A stretch of DNA of 64,000 bases from the human T2T-CHM13v2.0 reference genome, Homo sapiens: the NCBI RefSeq assembly GCF_009914755.1, contig NC_060944.1. One strand, 5' to 3'. The translations under genes and the position numbers were made by a program. Below, piece by piece: positions 1 through 13,985 of this stretch (position 1 is the first letter of the stretch; each line of letters starts with the position of its first letter). Below the pieces are notes generated by a model. That model was not told the origin of the DNA and ran no database searches. It worked only from the letters and a program-made list of their open reading frames with translations.

Positions 1-12
1 AAAACTCAGGGA

Positions 13-296
13 TTTTTTTTTTTTTTTTTTGAGACAGGTCTCACTCTGTCATCCAAGCTGGAGTGAGTGGGGTGATCATAGCTCACCGCAGCCTTGAACT
101 CCAGCCTCAAACTCCTGAGATCCTCTAGCCTCAGCATCCTGAGTAACTGGGACTACAGGTGCATGCCACCATGTCCAGCTAACTTGTATTTATTTATTTT
201 TTTTGTAGAGACAGGGTCTCCCTATGTTTCCTAGGTTGGTCTTGAACTCCTGGGCTCAAGCCGTCTTCCTGTCATGGCCTCCCAAAGCACAGGGAT
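13..296 (-). mobile_element. Alu (AluJ-like), slightly 5'-truncated
   Basis: Poly-T then GAGACAGGTCTCACTCTGTC...GCTCACCGCAGCCTTGAACTCC...CTGGGACTACAGG...GGCCTCCCAAAG; dimeric antisense Alu. Confidence 0.95.
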
Positions 297-720
297 GTTT
301 TAAACTGTTAGTGGAGGGGAGGTTTCGCTAAACTCCCCCAACCTAGGGTGATCTGAAAGGACTTCTTGGAAGAAATAAGACCTCAGTTGTATCTTAAGGA
401 AGAGTAAGAGTAAGCCAATGAAGATGGGAGTTGGGATGGAAAAGGGGAAGGGGAGGCTGAAAAGGGAGAGTGGAGGTTCCTGCCATGGTAAACAGTGTGT
501 GCAAATGGGGCATGGAAGAAGGGAGGGAGGGAGAGAGGGAAAGAAAGTAATACAGAGAGAAAAACACCAAGATTCAAAGACACCAAGATGTTTTGGTCTG
601 GAACGTGGATTTCAGGTCCTTATGCTGATCTGTCTCCCTTAAATACAATGAGTGCCTTAGAAAGGAAACCATATTATTTATTACTCCCTTAATAGAAAGT
701 GCTTCTTTACAGTAGTGGAT

Positions 721-905
721 ATGTTTGACATATTACATACAAGATGCCCGGCCAAATTTGAATTTCAGATAAACATCACATTATTTTTAAGTATGTCTCA
801 TGTAATATTTCATGTATATTTGCACTGAAAACATGATCTATTATTTATCTGAAATTCCAAGATAATTGGGTGTCCTGTACAGTTATTTGCTAGATCAGCA
901 ACCCT
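721..905. mobile_element. MER53-type hAT MITE (near-palindromic), inside an L2 tail
   Basis: GATGCCCGGCCAAATTTGAATTTCAGATAAAC ... TTTATCTGAAATTCC...GGGTGTCCTGTAC...GCAACCCT internal inverted repeat. Confidence 0.8.
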
Positions 906-959
906 AATTACCAAGCACCAGATAGTTAATAAAAGTTTAGTGAATGAATCACTAAGTCA

Positions 960-1600
960 GTCTAAGATGTATATAAGAAAGTGTCAGGAGATTCAGGTAG
1001 ACAGCTAGTCAAGTTAAAGTCAAATGTTTAGGAGTCATTGCTGGTTATTAAAACTATAGGCCAGCATCACCCAAGAATGTTGTGTAAAGTGAGAGAGAAT
1101 TAAGGATGAGTCCCTGAGGAACAAAAAGATTCAAAGAGAAAGCAGAGGAAAACTGGTATCCAAGGAAGAAATCCATTCATTAGGAATAGACCTTGGAGAA
1201 AGTGAGGACATGAAGACCAAGAGGAGTGCACTTCAGAAAGGAGGAAGTGGCCAACAGGGTCAAAGAATTTAGGAGTCAGGAGGGTGAAAAACGTCCATTG
1301 ATCTTAGCCACGAAAGTATCACTGGTGGTTTCATCAAGTAGGGGAGGTGTGGATACTAGCCAGATTTGGGTGAGTTAAAAAGTTAAGGATGGGCCAAGTG
1401 GAGGGAGTAGAGACATGGTACCTGCAACCTGTTGCCTCTTTCAAGAACCTAGGGTTGCCAGATTTAGCAAATAAGAGGGTACCCAGTTAAATTTGAATTT
1501 CAGATAAACAGTGAATAAAAGTATAGCTGTTACTGAAGAAGAGAGAGAGGGGCAATGCCCATGGGGGCATCATTTAAAGATGAGAAGATCCAGGATGATC
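960..1600 (-). mobile_element. L2 fragment (degenerate)
   Basis: Purine-rich L2-like tracts (TTTAGGAGTCATTG, CATCACCCAAG, GTCCATTGATCTTAGC, CACTGGTG); boundaries approximate. Confidence 0.5.
1451..1525. mobile_element. MER53 half element
   Basis: AGGGTTGCCAGATTTAGCAAATAA...CCCAGTTAAATTTGAATTTCAGATAAACA. Confidence 0.8.
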
Positions 1601-2589
1601 CTATGTGTGAAGAAGGAGAAGGAAGAGTGAAGAAGGAAGAAAGAGGAAGAAAGGAAGCAGAAGAAAGAGTGAAGTTGAAGGTCTAGAAGAAATTACAGAA
1701 AGAAAAATTTAACTCTAGGGTCACAGTCTCTCCTCTGAAACCGTTGAAGCCTGATGCCAGAATTTTCCCTGGAAAAGTAATATGGTTTATATTTTCTATT
1801 AGCACTCCCCTGGGGGTTCTGTAGAAACCCCATAATCAAATATGTTAATATTTTTAATAGAAAAGTGTGAATATTTTTACTAATTAAGATAAAGGCTGTA
1901 AAATAGCCTCGTTTCAGTTTAGATTTTGCTTTGCTGCCAATGAATTATATTAAAAGACAAACAATTTTGGTTTTCAGAGCTTTTTAAATTTTGTAATTGA
2001 TGATAAGGTATTAAGAATGTGCTCAGTTCTCTTCTTGGCCCCAAGGCAAGATGAAGCAATACCGTTAATTATCTCTTAAATATATATCAGTCAATAATAT
2101 AACTGTTCCTTCCCAGTCTACTGTAGGGAGTTCAGTGTTGCCTTAAATGTTCCTGGTACTAATTTGTTTTGCAAAATCAGGGTAAATAATGGAAAAACAA
2201 TATTTAAAACACAAAGTAAAGAGACCAGGGAACCTTGAGGTTCTGTGTGGGAAATGGAAGAGAGACTGATGGGAAGATAAAATAATGATTCTCATGGTAA
2301 AGGGGAAAAGAGAGAGAGACAAGCACTGGTTGGGTTCAAGAGAAGTTTCTGAGGATCAGGTCAAAAGTGTTCCAGCCCCAGCCCACAAACTCCTTCAGGG
2401 TCTTAAGTCAGATATACAAGTCGTCTCTGGAAGAGAATGATGAAGGAGCTCACCGACAGTCCCTGTCACTCGTCCTAGGAGGGATGACTATTACGGCAGA
2501 GTCCCCTCCTCCTGATCCTTCTGCCATTAAGGTCCCAGGTCAATGTCAGCTTATCAATGGGATGTTCTCCAAACCCCCTATGAAATACA

Positions 2590-2820
2590 GTGCCCTCTCT
2601 CCACCCATCCAAGTTCATCCCCCATTACATTCACCAGTTTCATTTTTTTTTCTTGGGCAGTTATTACCATCTAAATAATGTTGCATATATATTGTTTCCT
2701 TGATTCATTTTTCTCTCACCACTAGAATCTAAATCTCTTGAGAACTGACACTTTGTAGCCTTCAGAATCTAGAACAGTGCTTGGCACATAGTAGGTGCTC
2801 AGTAACCATTTAATTAAACA
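2590..2820 (+). mobile_element. L2 3' end
   Basis: CTAGAACAGTGCTTGGCACATAGTAGGTGCTCAGTAA typical L2 terminus. Confidence 0.7.
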
Positions 2821-4932
2821 TAGATGCAGAATGGAAGTAGACCACACCAACGCTCCATGAATTAAATGGATATCTATTACCTGCTCTTGATTCCTATCCA
2901 TTACAGAAAGCTAAAGAACTTAGCTTCCATTTTGGGGGGAAAATAAAAGTTCCAACTTTTACTAAGCATTAAAAAAAATCTGTAGGAATACAACTCATTT
3001 ATGAATTTCAAAATGTTTGCATTTTAAATGCAACCAGAAAAGAACTATTTGAATAAGCAGGCATTTAGAAATGTAACTGCTTCTAATTTGATTGGTCACA
3101 TAAATTCAGTTTTTTTGCAAAGCAGATTTATTTAAGTCAGAGAACTTACAAAATTGAAGCTCAGCAGTGAGAGTTCTCCATCACACTTCCTAATCCATGA
3201 TATTTCATTGATGCATTGTTCATTTGGAAGATGGAGATGACACCAGTGTCTGTGTGTGGATCCAAATATCCCAGGGGGTTCAACAGCACCTCACTTCATC
3301 AAAACAGAGAAACAACGAGAGAGCTGGATGAGGCACCTAAGATGACAGCTAGAGGTAACTAGATGAGTTGATGGCAGGTAAACGCTATGATAACAAGTAG
3401 AAAGGAGCCAATAAATACTGGGCTGGAGCAGCTCAAAGACTCCTGCCTGCTTCTGAGGTTTGGATGATCCTTCTAACCTTTAAAAGTGGGACTGAGGAAT
3501 CTCCCTAGACAGTTTGGCACAAACATCTGCTCGATCAGTGCAATTGCTTTTGTGTGCTGCCTTTTAAAAAGCAAAATATTTAATGGCAGTAAAAAATGTG
3601 TAAGAAATCATCCTGGAGATACAAAGTTGTATTCTGGGATTTGATGATTTTGTTATGTCACAGCCAAGTTAGTATTTTTAGTTAGCCTTGTTAAGCCCTT
3701 GAACAGGTGCTTGGAGCTGTGTAGAACATAGACCAGGTCTCCAGTGGTGAATCTGACTTTGCCAAAGGCGAGCAGGTCTCCCGGCCACAGCCGTAAGTCT
3801 CAAGGAGTCCATGTCTTATGGAAGTTTATAAGGACTCATTTCTGCCAGCCATGGGGTTGGATGGCAGTTACAAGAAGGGCATTTATTGGGATTTCTGGGA
3901 AGTCACCAAGATCTTCCATTAACCCCCAAATGTCCATTTCTTCTTTATTTTCTCTGATTCCTTTGCTTCTTTTTCACCTGTACAAGTTCTTCTTGGAAAC
4001 TATGTAGAATTGTCTGGGTCTCGTTCATTAAAAGTGAAAAGGCCTTCATCACTTCCAGAGTTTTGATTTAGGCCACCGTTGAAGGGCTTCACTTTTATTT
4101 GTAAAACTTACCTATCAGTAAGAAAAAAGAATTGAGTTTTCATATTAATTTCTTATGACAAACAAAGCAAAACAAAGCCTAGAGGTTATCAAACTATTAT
4201 TTAATGTAAGTCAGCTCCCACACATTGCTTTTACATCATTACCTCAGTACGCTAGGTCAAGGGTGCTTTGTTGTTGTTGTTTGTTTGTTTGCTTGTTCAT
4301 TTTTTTAAGTGGGGAAAACTATGGAAATGGGAAGCAAAGAGATACTCCTAATGGTTTATTTAATTAATTTTACTATTTGGTAAATTCAGATAATGCACAC
4401 AGGGCCAACTATAAGCTTGAAAGCTGGTATTAAAGGTACCATTGCAAGAAGATTCTGACAGTTAGAGGAACTACAGGAAAGTGTCTTTTCATAATATGAA
4501 AAAAGAGATCCTTATTCTTGCCAGTATGGTTTGGGTTCACTAATACCTAATTATCCACCATCATTGACTTTTATTATGATTGGTTTTCTAATAGGTGATA
4601 TTAATATTCAGTGTTTGAATATGTTCCCTATTAGCATGAGGAAAAGCCAATAATGTGACACTAATATCATATTTAATGTGATTTATTATTTTAATTTTTA
4701 TGATGGCTTTTGATCATTCCATATTTTTATATTCACGTTTCAAGGTTGTTAGACTTTTTTTTCCCAATTACTTCTGTTTTTGCATAATCAGTGTCATTTT
4801 ACCTAATAGCATCTCTCTTAGATGAGTAATAATGCTCCATCATGCCTCTTTACCAACAGGAAGATTCAGAGATATTAAAGTGATTTACCTAATTTTTTGG
4901 AAGTTCCTAACTTCTGTTTTGAGGATTGGTGC

Positions 4933-5100
4933 TTTCCTTCTTCCTTCCCTCTATTTCTCCCTTCTTTTTGTTCTCTCTCTTTCCCTTGCTCTCTTCCACT
5001 CTTCCTCCTGTACTGTTATTTTCCTCCCTGTTTTTCTTCTTTCCTCTCTCCCTCCCTCTCTGTCTTCCTTTTCTTTCCTCCCTTTTTATTTTTTCCTTCT
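4933..5100. repeat. CT-rich polypyrimidine low-complexity tract
   Basis: ~165 nt almost entirely C/T. Confidence 0.85.
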
Positions 5101-7727
5101 AGAGTAAATAGTATTAGAAAAATTAGTTTCTGCTTTTTTAAAAGAGGAAATTGTACAGTGTAAAGTGATCATTTATATTCAAGGAAAATGCTACCTAGGA
5201 CATGCCTTATCTCACCCCAGTTCTCGGTGCTGCTAAGAGGGTTTGAGAAGCATGGGATAAGGGTGGCGGCAATGTGGCTGCAACAGTGCCAGGTGAGCAA
5301 CCCATGTCCGCACGCCTCCACTCTCATTTCTTGTCTGGACTCAAGACCCCAGTCTAAGAGTGGCCTATAATTCTCCTTTCTGATTCTCTGGCAACAGGTG
5401 AATCCCATGATCCCTGATGTTGACATCAAGCAAAAGAAGCCATGGTCTCTAGCCAGTAGATTAACAACACAGCATCTTGGGTGCTACAGCACTAAGATAA
5501 GCTTAATCATCTTCCATTATTTCATGAGGTTGATTGGAATGAGTGTGTGATTGGAAGGGAACAGATGGGGACAAAGAGTAAACTCTACATCTCTAAAATC
5601 TAACTCAACATCTTTTTCTCAAACCTGACCCTTTCTCCAGATGTTTCTGTTTCTGCTTCATTTCAGCATTCTTCCTTCCAGTCACGTGTGCTCAAAGTGC
5701 CAAAGTTATCTTTGACTCTTCTGTCTTTCCATCCCAGTTTCATAAATTTTTCCTTTATTCTGTTTGTGCAATCCATCTCTTCCACTCAATTTTGCACCTC
5801 TATTTGCTTCTGCCCTCCCTTCACCCCACACCAACTGTTGAGGCTTTTTTCTTTCTTTGGCCCTATCTCTGGATTTTTCTTATTCAATTTCATTTCAATG
5901 TCCGCTGTTAGTTTAATGTACTATCTTGGCCAAATAAGCTTTCACTCCAAATCCTTCAGTGTTTTTCTATTAGATACATAATAAAGTAAAAATTTCTTAG
6001 CTCAGAGTATAAGGTCTTTGATAATCATTCCTTACTCACAAGTCCTTTGGAACCATCCACCTTCTAACAAGGTAAGCCTGCCTTCTTGATTGCTCTCTCT
6101 CTCTGAGCATTGGCTATTACGATTATCTCTGCAAGTCATATTTTCACACCTGCCCTCTTGTGTATGCATGTCCCCCCCATGCACATATGCATGTACCCTT
6201 GCCTCTGACCTTCCCTTCATATTACTCTCTGAATTACAAGTTCCTGATAAATATCTTAATAGTGATGCTGATGAAGAGAAAGAATAGAACAGATTTAAAG
6301 GGGAAACTTCTGGGATGGCTTTCTGGCCAGAGGCTTATCGTTGGAAGTGTCATACTTACCCTTTTGCCATTCACGGGAGATTTACTAAATAAATGCAAGA
6401 TGGACAATGTCAAATCATATCAACTCTCCTAACAGTGCAGCAAACGTAATATAGGATTGTGATATAGCATTGGTACCAAAAATGTGAAATTATTTATGAA
6501 AAAACATTTTCTGTCTTTGAGCTAGGAGCATCTATTAGAACAAGAAAGGAAAACAAATGCCTACAATTTTGGGTCTTTTCATATCAACTTGGAGGCAAGG
6601 ACAGTGGCTTAGTCCTCTTGTAAGATAGCATCTTTCTTCCATTGTTTGTTGCCCAAGCTCTGGTAGACCTCTCAGCTTTTTATGGCCTGCCAGCCTCTAC
6701 CTTTTCCCCAGGAGTTGTGATACTTACAGTATTAACCAACAAAAGGGCACAATGTTTTACATCTTAAATTATTCCTCTTGCACAGTCTGATTAAAGCTTG
6801 ACAATATGAAAAGCAGATGACAGGGCCAAATAAACCAGCCATCACTTGAGGTCACCCACCATTTTCCAGTGTAAGTGGTTCTGAAGGAGTATCTTTTCTT
6901 ACTTTGAGGTTGCTTTAGAGACATATAGCTCAGGTCTTAATAGTCAGTCCAAACTCTCATTCACAGAGCATTACACAAGTGTATTCCACCCTGGTACTTT
7001 GTTGGGTTTCTGTTGAATCCCAAAACACTGCTTAAACTCACCTCAATTACAGGGTCAGCAGTGCATCTGCAGGCAACATGGCTTCTTTGTTATCCCTGGT
7101 TTGTTTTCCCTGGCTCAGTGACAGAAACTTGACAGTCCAGTGTAGGTTAAACTGAATGAGCATTTTGTAGCATAGGTGCTAGTCCCAAGTCTCTCCAAGG
7201 ACATAGGGCTCAAGTAGAGTAGACTTTATTAATGTCCATCAAAGGTGAACCTAGTCTTCAAAATGCTGCCTGTCCCTCCAGGTGCATCAAAGCTACTAAT
7301 TACCATTCTTCCTTCCTTCCCTACTTTGGATGGGCAATGAAGAAAGGAGAGAGGGTAAATGAAAGATATTCTCTTTACTCTGTAATTTGATATCACAGTA
7401 AAATCCTGGAAAAGATGTTGTTAATATTCACCAATGACCATTATCCCTGCCACAGTCTACCCACTACCACATCCACCAATCTCAGAGTGCTTTGAACATA
7501 GGTTTCAAACATAAGCAGAACACTGGAAGTATGTGCCAAAGAAAATGCATTTGAATGTGGTCCATTATTTAGGAACAGTGAGTTTCCAACCTTATTTGTC
7601 TTTCTGTTGTCTATTTTTGTCATTTCTTTTGTCCTAAAACAAAAATTATTTTTCTTTTTTGAAACATTTTTAAAAATTCTATAATTATATTAATTCATTC
7701 ATTTACTTATTTATCATTTAATTAACA

Positions 7728-7941
7728 CAAGGGTTGGCAGGCTTTATCTGTAAAGGGCCAGATAGAAAAAAATTAAATATTTTAGGCTTTGAAGACCGTG
7801 CAGTCTCTGTCACAACTACTTATATCTACTGCTGAGCATGAAAGCAGCCACAGATAGTACATAAATGAATGAGCCTGGCTGTGTTCCAATAAAACTTTAT
7901 TTACAAAAAGCAGGAAGTGAGCTGTTGTTTCCCGACCCCCA
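7728..7941 (+). mobile_element. MER58A hAT-Charlie MITE with 8-bp TSD, inserted in an antisense L2 tail
   Basis: CAAGGGTTGGCAG...CTGTAAAGGGCCAGATAG...GGCTGTGTTCCAATAAAACTTTATTTAC...CCGACCCC; TSD AATTAACA at 7720-7727 and 7942-7949. Confidence 0.9.
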
Positions 7942-8494
7942 AATTAACATATTTGACTAGCTCCTATGCTTTCATTACCATGCTAGCTTCAGGGGACACA
8001 GATGAATAGAACTTTGTTCCTGCCTTAAGATGCCAATAGGTTAATGTTTCTGGAAACAAGGCAGGCCTTCGACAAAGTCACTTTTGGTGTCCTTCTATCT
8101 CTCTGCTGCTCCTTTTCCTGCCACTTTCTCAGACCTAGTACTGTCCACTCTGATATGCCATCCAGATGTTATGTAATGCCATGGTATTACATAAATGCTC
8201 TCCCATTCCTCTTCTATTGCAACTTGCTGACTCTCAGCACATTGTCTTCAACTAACTGGAAGACATAATAAAATAACGTACATCAAGGAGGGAATCACTG
8301 GCAGTAGCTTAATTTGTTCATCCTTCAGGAGTTCTTACATATTAAAAGAGGATATTTTAAATTCACAGACATCTACCTCTACTTGTAAAATTCCCGGCAG
8401 AGGACTAGAGGAAATCTTTCTGAGCAGGGAAGTCCATGACACCATCTAAATCTCACAGAAGTGAACATAAATTTCCTCCTGTGACTAATGAAGA

Positions 8495-8715
8495 TAACTC
8501 ACATGTATTGAGTCACTAGCATAGCAGTCATTGCCCTAAATCTTCCAGGTAAGATTTACTTTGAGCTCCCTAGTAGCTCTATGAGTCAGGTGCCATTATT
8601 AGTATCCCCATTTTACAGATGAGAAAACCATAGCTAAGAGGGGCTACATAACTTGATAAAAGTCACACAACTCTCATGTGAGATCGTATTTGAACCTAAG
8701 TAGTGAGCAGCCTTA
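8495..8715 (-). mobile_element. MIR
   Basis: Core ATCCCCATTTTACAGATGAGAAAAC...GTCACACAAC...ATTTGAACC. Confidence 0.85.
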
Positions 8716-9545
8716 ATACTGTAATTATGAAGAAGCAAGTCTTCTCTAAATCAGACATAGTTGAGCTCTATTATAGAATCTTAGAAGAGGAAGGACAATT
8801 AAATATTGCTTAGTATAATCTTATTTTAAGAACAAGGACACCAGGGCTCAGAGAGCGTTTTGGATTTGACAAAGTAGCTTCAGACTGCTGGAAGTAAAAT
8901 GCTGTTCTTAATGAGTTTTTTATTTTATTTTATTTGTTTTTGTTTGTTTGTTTTGGTCTTAGTACCACATGGCCTCTTGACAGTATAGCAATAAAGGGAA
9001 CATGAATTGATTAGAAAATGATTCCTTCCCGCTGGGACATTAGTCTGTGGAAGACTATAACATGTGCGACTTTGCTCTTTTATGCTCCCACTCATCTTTA
9101 ATCATGGGCCTACTGGGAACACCTCATTGCCCCTCATTCACTGGGTGGTTGAGTCTTCGTGAAGCAAACCCACATGAGTTGTTCTATGGAAGGGGAGAGC
9201 AGAACGGTGCATTCCATCATTAAAATTTCACATCTAAACACCAGTGCCTGACTATGCTTTCTCTGAATTTCCCATAGGGTTATTGAAAGCTCTAACAAAA
9301 CGTAGTTAAGGCAAAAGATAGCTGTCTGTTTTATAAAGAATGTAAGGAATTTCCCAGTCAGATGGCTCAAGGAAAGGCTTTACCCGAGCAGTCCTACTTT
9401 CCATAGCAAATTCCAGTTGGTTAGAGCAAACACTGTGACAATATCTATTGTTCAATTAAAAGTAGCCACAATTATACAAAACATACCACCATATGGCATG
9501 TCCTTACATCTCATGTATACTGTAGATACTATTTTAGCTTCTTGC

Positions 9546-9869
9546 TTTTTCTTTTTCTTTTTTCTTTTTAATTTTTTTTTATTTTGAGATAAGAGTCTCA
9601 CTCTGTTGCCAAGGCTGGAGTGCAGTGGCATGATCACAGCTCACTGCAGCCTCAACCTTCAGGGCTCAGGTGATTCTCTCACCTCAGCTCCCAAGTAGCT
9701 GGGACTACAGGCATGTGCCACCACACCTGGCTAATGTTTGTTTTGTTTTGTTTTGAGAGACAGGTTTTCACCAAGTTGCTCAGGCTGGTCTTGATCTCCT
9801 GGACTCAAGTGATCTGCCTGCTTGGCCTCTCAAAGTTGGGATTACAGGTGTGAGCCACTGTGCCTGGCC
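9546..9869 (-). mobile_element. Alu (AluJ-like), full length with TSD
   Basis: Antisense dimer; TSD TAGCTTCTTGC (9535-9545) / TAGCCTCTTGC (9870-9880). Confidence 0.95.
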
Positions 9870-10539
9870 TAGCCTCTTGCATTTTCTATGGGTGCATTTT
9901 CATAATAGCTTTTTAAAATCAAGGTAGATCTTAGAAGTGAAAGAAGATATAAGAATTTTATATATTCTTGAGATATAGGAATCTGATAGTTTCAGTTGTC
10001 ATAAAGCCAGTGGAAATTCACAGCTTCAATGCGTACATCATGTTGGGAATTTTTCTCCTCCACTGTTTCTCATGAGGGTGGGTTTATAGAGTTAAATAGC
10101 AGGGGTATCTTCACCAACTCCACTGTTGGCATTATTTTCTTTGAAAAAAGTGTGCAGAGAGATATTATATAAACAATATGACAAATCCCTTCTCCGTGGG
10201 CCAATTTAGTAAACTTAGAGCAGAGAAAAACTATAGCTTCTTGCTGCTAGAAGTATTACGCAGAACACAGATAGCTCTTTTCAGTTTCCCATACCGAGAG
10301 TCAGGTAACTGAGTGGTACTCAATTCTCAAAGCAACAAGAAGGCTGAATATTCTGGAAATCCACAATGTAGTAGTAAAAATCAGGTGACTTTGGAACTAC
10401 ATGAGGAAGAACAATAAACAAATTGCTAATTATTCCCTGCCTGCCATCATTTTTATTTACTGAGATTTCTATTCCTATCTACTTTTTGATTTATTGAGAT
10501 TTTAAGGGAATAGAATTTTGGGGGAGGTTGTTCAGCAAA

Positions 10540-10680
10540 TATACTGTCAACTCATATCATTCTCTTGATTTTTTATAGAAGAAATTGAGGTGCAAAAAGG
10601 TTAAGTGCTCAGTATTACATTGTTATTAAGTAGTTTAGCTGGAATTTGAATCCATGTCTTCTCATTCCAACCAAGAGACT
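10540..10680 (-). mobile_element. MIR fragment
   Basis: TTTTATAGAAGAAATTGAGGTGC...GGTTAAGTG...GGAATTTGAATCC. Confidence 0.65.
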
Positions 10681-10837
10681 TTGTTGACTAAATTAGGCTA
10701 CTCTCTATGGTAAGTATATGGGCACAGGTAGGTGTAAGAGTACAGTTGTAGTGGTGTTAGTGGTAGTGGTGGTGAAGGAAGAAGATACTGCTCATCTCTC
10801 CTGATAAATGCTTACGAGAATATAAATAACAGGATTA

Positions 10838-11470
10838 TTATGTCAGTTAAGAATAGGCTTACCTGTAAACAACAGTTTTCTCACAATTCCAGAGTTAAGT
10901 TATTCAGGGTTGGTATGGCTCATTAGCATTGTGAAAAAAAGATCTAAATATCTTCTCTCTTTTTGCCGTCTTCATTGTGTTGGTTGTGGCTTCATGGGGA
11001 CAGGATGGCTGCTGCAGTTCCAGCAAGCACAACTGTGTTCAAGCCATCCATGTCTTTGCTTTCTTGTTTGTTTGTTTGTTCTGTTTTATTTTGTTTTGTT
11101 TTGTTTTTAAGAGATAGGGTCTCACTCTTTCACCCAGGTTGTGCAGTGGTGTAATCGTACCTCACTGAAGCCTCAAATTCCTGGGCTCAAGTGATCCTTC
11201 TCGCCTCAGCCTCCCAAATTACTATGATTACATGTGTGAGCCACTGTGTCCAGCTTCATATTGTTGCTTCTGATAGGAAAAGCTGATATTTATCTAGAGT
11301 CCCTACCAATCTCTTCTGCTTTCATTTCATTAATTATCGCTGTGCCATATGATCACCCCAGTATCATGGGAGTGGCTATCTCCCCTGGGGCTGGGCCCTT
11401 TGACTTCCCCAAGCAGACAGGGTTCAGTTAGGCTGAAAAGGGAGGAAATGGATATTAGACAGGCAATACA
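10838..11470 (-). mobile_element. old ERVL/MaLR LTR (LTR33/MLT1K-L-like), interrupted by an Alu monomer
   Basis: TGTCAGTTAAGAATAGG...; GGATGGCTGCTGCAGTTCCAGC; subfamily uncertain. Confidence 0.5.
11063..11254 (-). mobile_element. Free Alu monomer (FRAM/FAM-like) with (TTTG)n/(TTTTG)n tail
   Basis: Single ~145-nt monomer GAGATAGGGTCTCAC...GTGAGCCACTGTGTCCAGC. Confidence 0.85.
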
Positions 11471-13248
11471 AATTGTTGACACAGTTCCTAATAGAATACA
11501 GTCACCCTCCTTCTACACCCCAATTCAGAGGTTTGGTTTCATTGTCAACAGCCACCATGGTTTTATCCTGGTGATTTTGTCAAGCTGCAGGGAAATAAAA
11601 GGTAGCTGCTCTGCAAAAGGTGACAGACCCTGATTTACTACCTGATATGTTGCTTACACTCCTGTGGTGTTTTTCCAGAAAGAAAAATGAACCTGGCCCT
11701 AGAAGTCTCACTTTGTGGAGCATATATCTAGCATGCAATACTATTCTACTATCCCTCCTGTTTCCTCGAGCATTTCCTGAACATTCCTCTTTGGTTATTT
11801 TATTATTTCTCTAGAACATATATAATTTCAGAAGTCATCTCCTTTTATTTGTGCCTGTTATCCAGTCTTTAGCGTAGCTAGATTTGAGCCACCCAAATGA
11901 TGGCACTCTTCTTTCTGGCACAATAAGCATTTTAAGTGAAAGAAAGAGTATTAGTAGTCTGAGTGGTTGTTTTAAAACTAAGGTTGACTACATAACACCA
12001 TCCCAGATTTAGGCCTTGTTGTGATTGGCTTTTTCTTGCACTGAGAAATGGATATTTAATGACCATCTCACTATGTCATAGATGCACTTCCTTAAGTTGA
12101 AAAGGCCTCCAAGGACTCTTCCCAGGAGAAAAAAGAAAATCTGAGTTGGAGCTTAGCAACATCCAGTTCTGCATCAAGCAGGCCTCTCTGCTATGAGAGG
12201 GGTCATTGTTTCAATCCCCTTTGCTGTGGTGGACCAGCAGCTGTGGAACCCACCCATGTTCAGGGACCAGCAGCAATGACCAGGAACCACGCTGGCTGAC
12301 TCACACTTAACTGCCCTCCAAGAAAATTCACTATAAAAGAAGTCAGGAAGTTGAAAAGAAAGACGGTTTTCCTTCACTTAGCTTTTCTGCTTAAGGCTTA
12401 GAATCATCCTGTATTTGTCTCCTACATTGAAACAACAAACCTATTTAAGCAACCTATAAAATATAAATAGATTTTCTGTAGTGTAGTCGGTGAGCTTTCT
12501 CAGGCTGAGTTAGTGTGGCAGCTGCCCCAGTTTAGCTTCTGCATAGGAAACAAGGCTCTGCTGAAAATGCTGAACCCCAGGACACCCTCTTCCTTAGTGT
12601 GGCTCAGCACAGATGCTTGTTGCTTTCTGAAAGCATCCACTGACCCCATGACTTAGCTGCCTGACCCTCCTGGAAGTACCATGACACACTTCACTTTTGT
12701 TTTGTCTTTTTAGAACTTATGTCATCATTTGGGGTTGAGCATTTTATTGTGAAGGCTGCCTAGCTCACTGTGGCATCCTCAGTGCCTCCTATCCAATGCA
12801 AAGTCAATAGATATTTTTCAATTTAAACTGGTTTTGTAAGGGAAGCCAGGTATGCAGGATTAGGATAAAAACAGGAATAAGGGGACTTCTGGGAGCAGTT
12901 AATGGTTGAATGGAAGGGGGGTTCAAGGTGCCATGGCTTTGGGTCTTTTCTCCATTATTTTGAGATGCCATCATATAGGCTACCTTTGGTTATTCATCCT
13001 ATTCCATTCCCAATAAATGAACACATTTGCCTTTGGCATATTTGAGCATGCCCTATCAAACCATGAGAGCTTTGGTATTAAAACTCTCCTGGTCGGTGTC
13101 CGGGTTTTACCAGAAAGCACTGACTAAGAAAATGGAGAAGCATAGTTGCAGGCCTCTCATTTGTGCCCCATGAGGGAGGGAAGAGAAATGACAGAAGTCT
13201 CACAGCTAGAGATCTCACATCTACTTGTGTCCCCTTTGTTAGATGTAA

Positions 13249-13610
<362 letters not shown>

Positions 13611-13749
13611 AGCTTGTTCTTAAGAAAGGAAAGAATACAAGCCAAAGCAGAGCAACTATCTTTCACGGGGGCTTTCATAGAAATGTTTTCATCGGTACAG
13701 TTTGGCAACATGACCTCCAAGGACAAGGGCCCTTATTCCACTAATATGA

Positions 13750-13985
13750 GCTATGATGGCTTAGTGGTTAAAACCTGGAGCCAAAAAGCCTGGGTGCAAT
13801 TACAGAACCACACTTTGCTGCTAGATGGTGCTGGGAAAATTACCAAACCTCTCTGTGTTTTTCATCTGAAAAATTGGGATGTTAATGGTATCTATGTCAT
13901 AGGGCTGTTAAGAGGATTAAATTATTAAACAATTGTAAAATACTTAGAATAGCAATAGGGTTATAGTATACATGTTTGTTAATAA
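13750..13985 (+). mobile_element. MIR
   Basis: GGCTTAGTGGTTAA...AACCTCTCTGTG...CATCTGAAAAATTGGGA...CATAGGGCTGTT...GGATTAAA. Confidence 0.85.

Noticed and set aside
4832-5163. Hydrophobic, membrane-protein-like ORFs
   Set aside because: Artefact of the CT-rich low-complexity tract.
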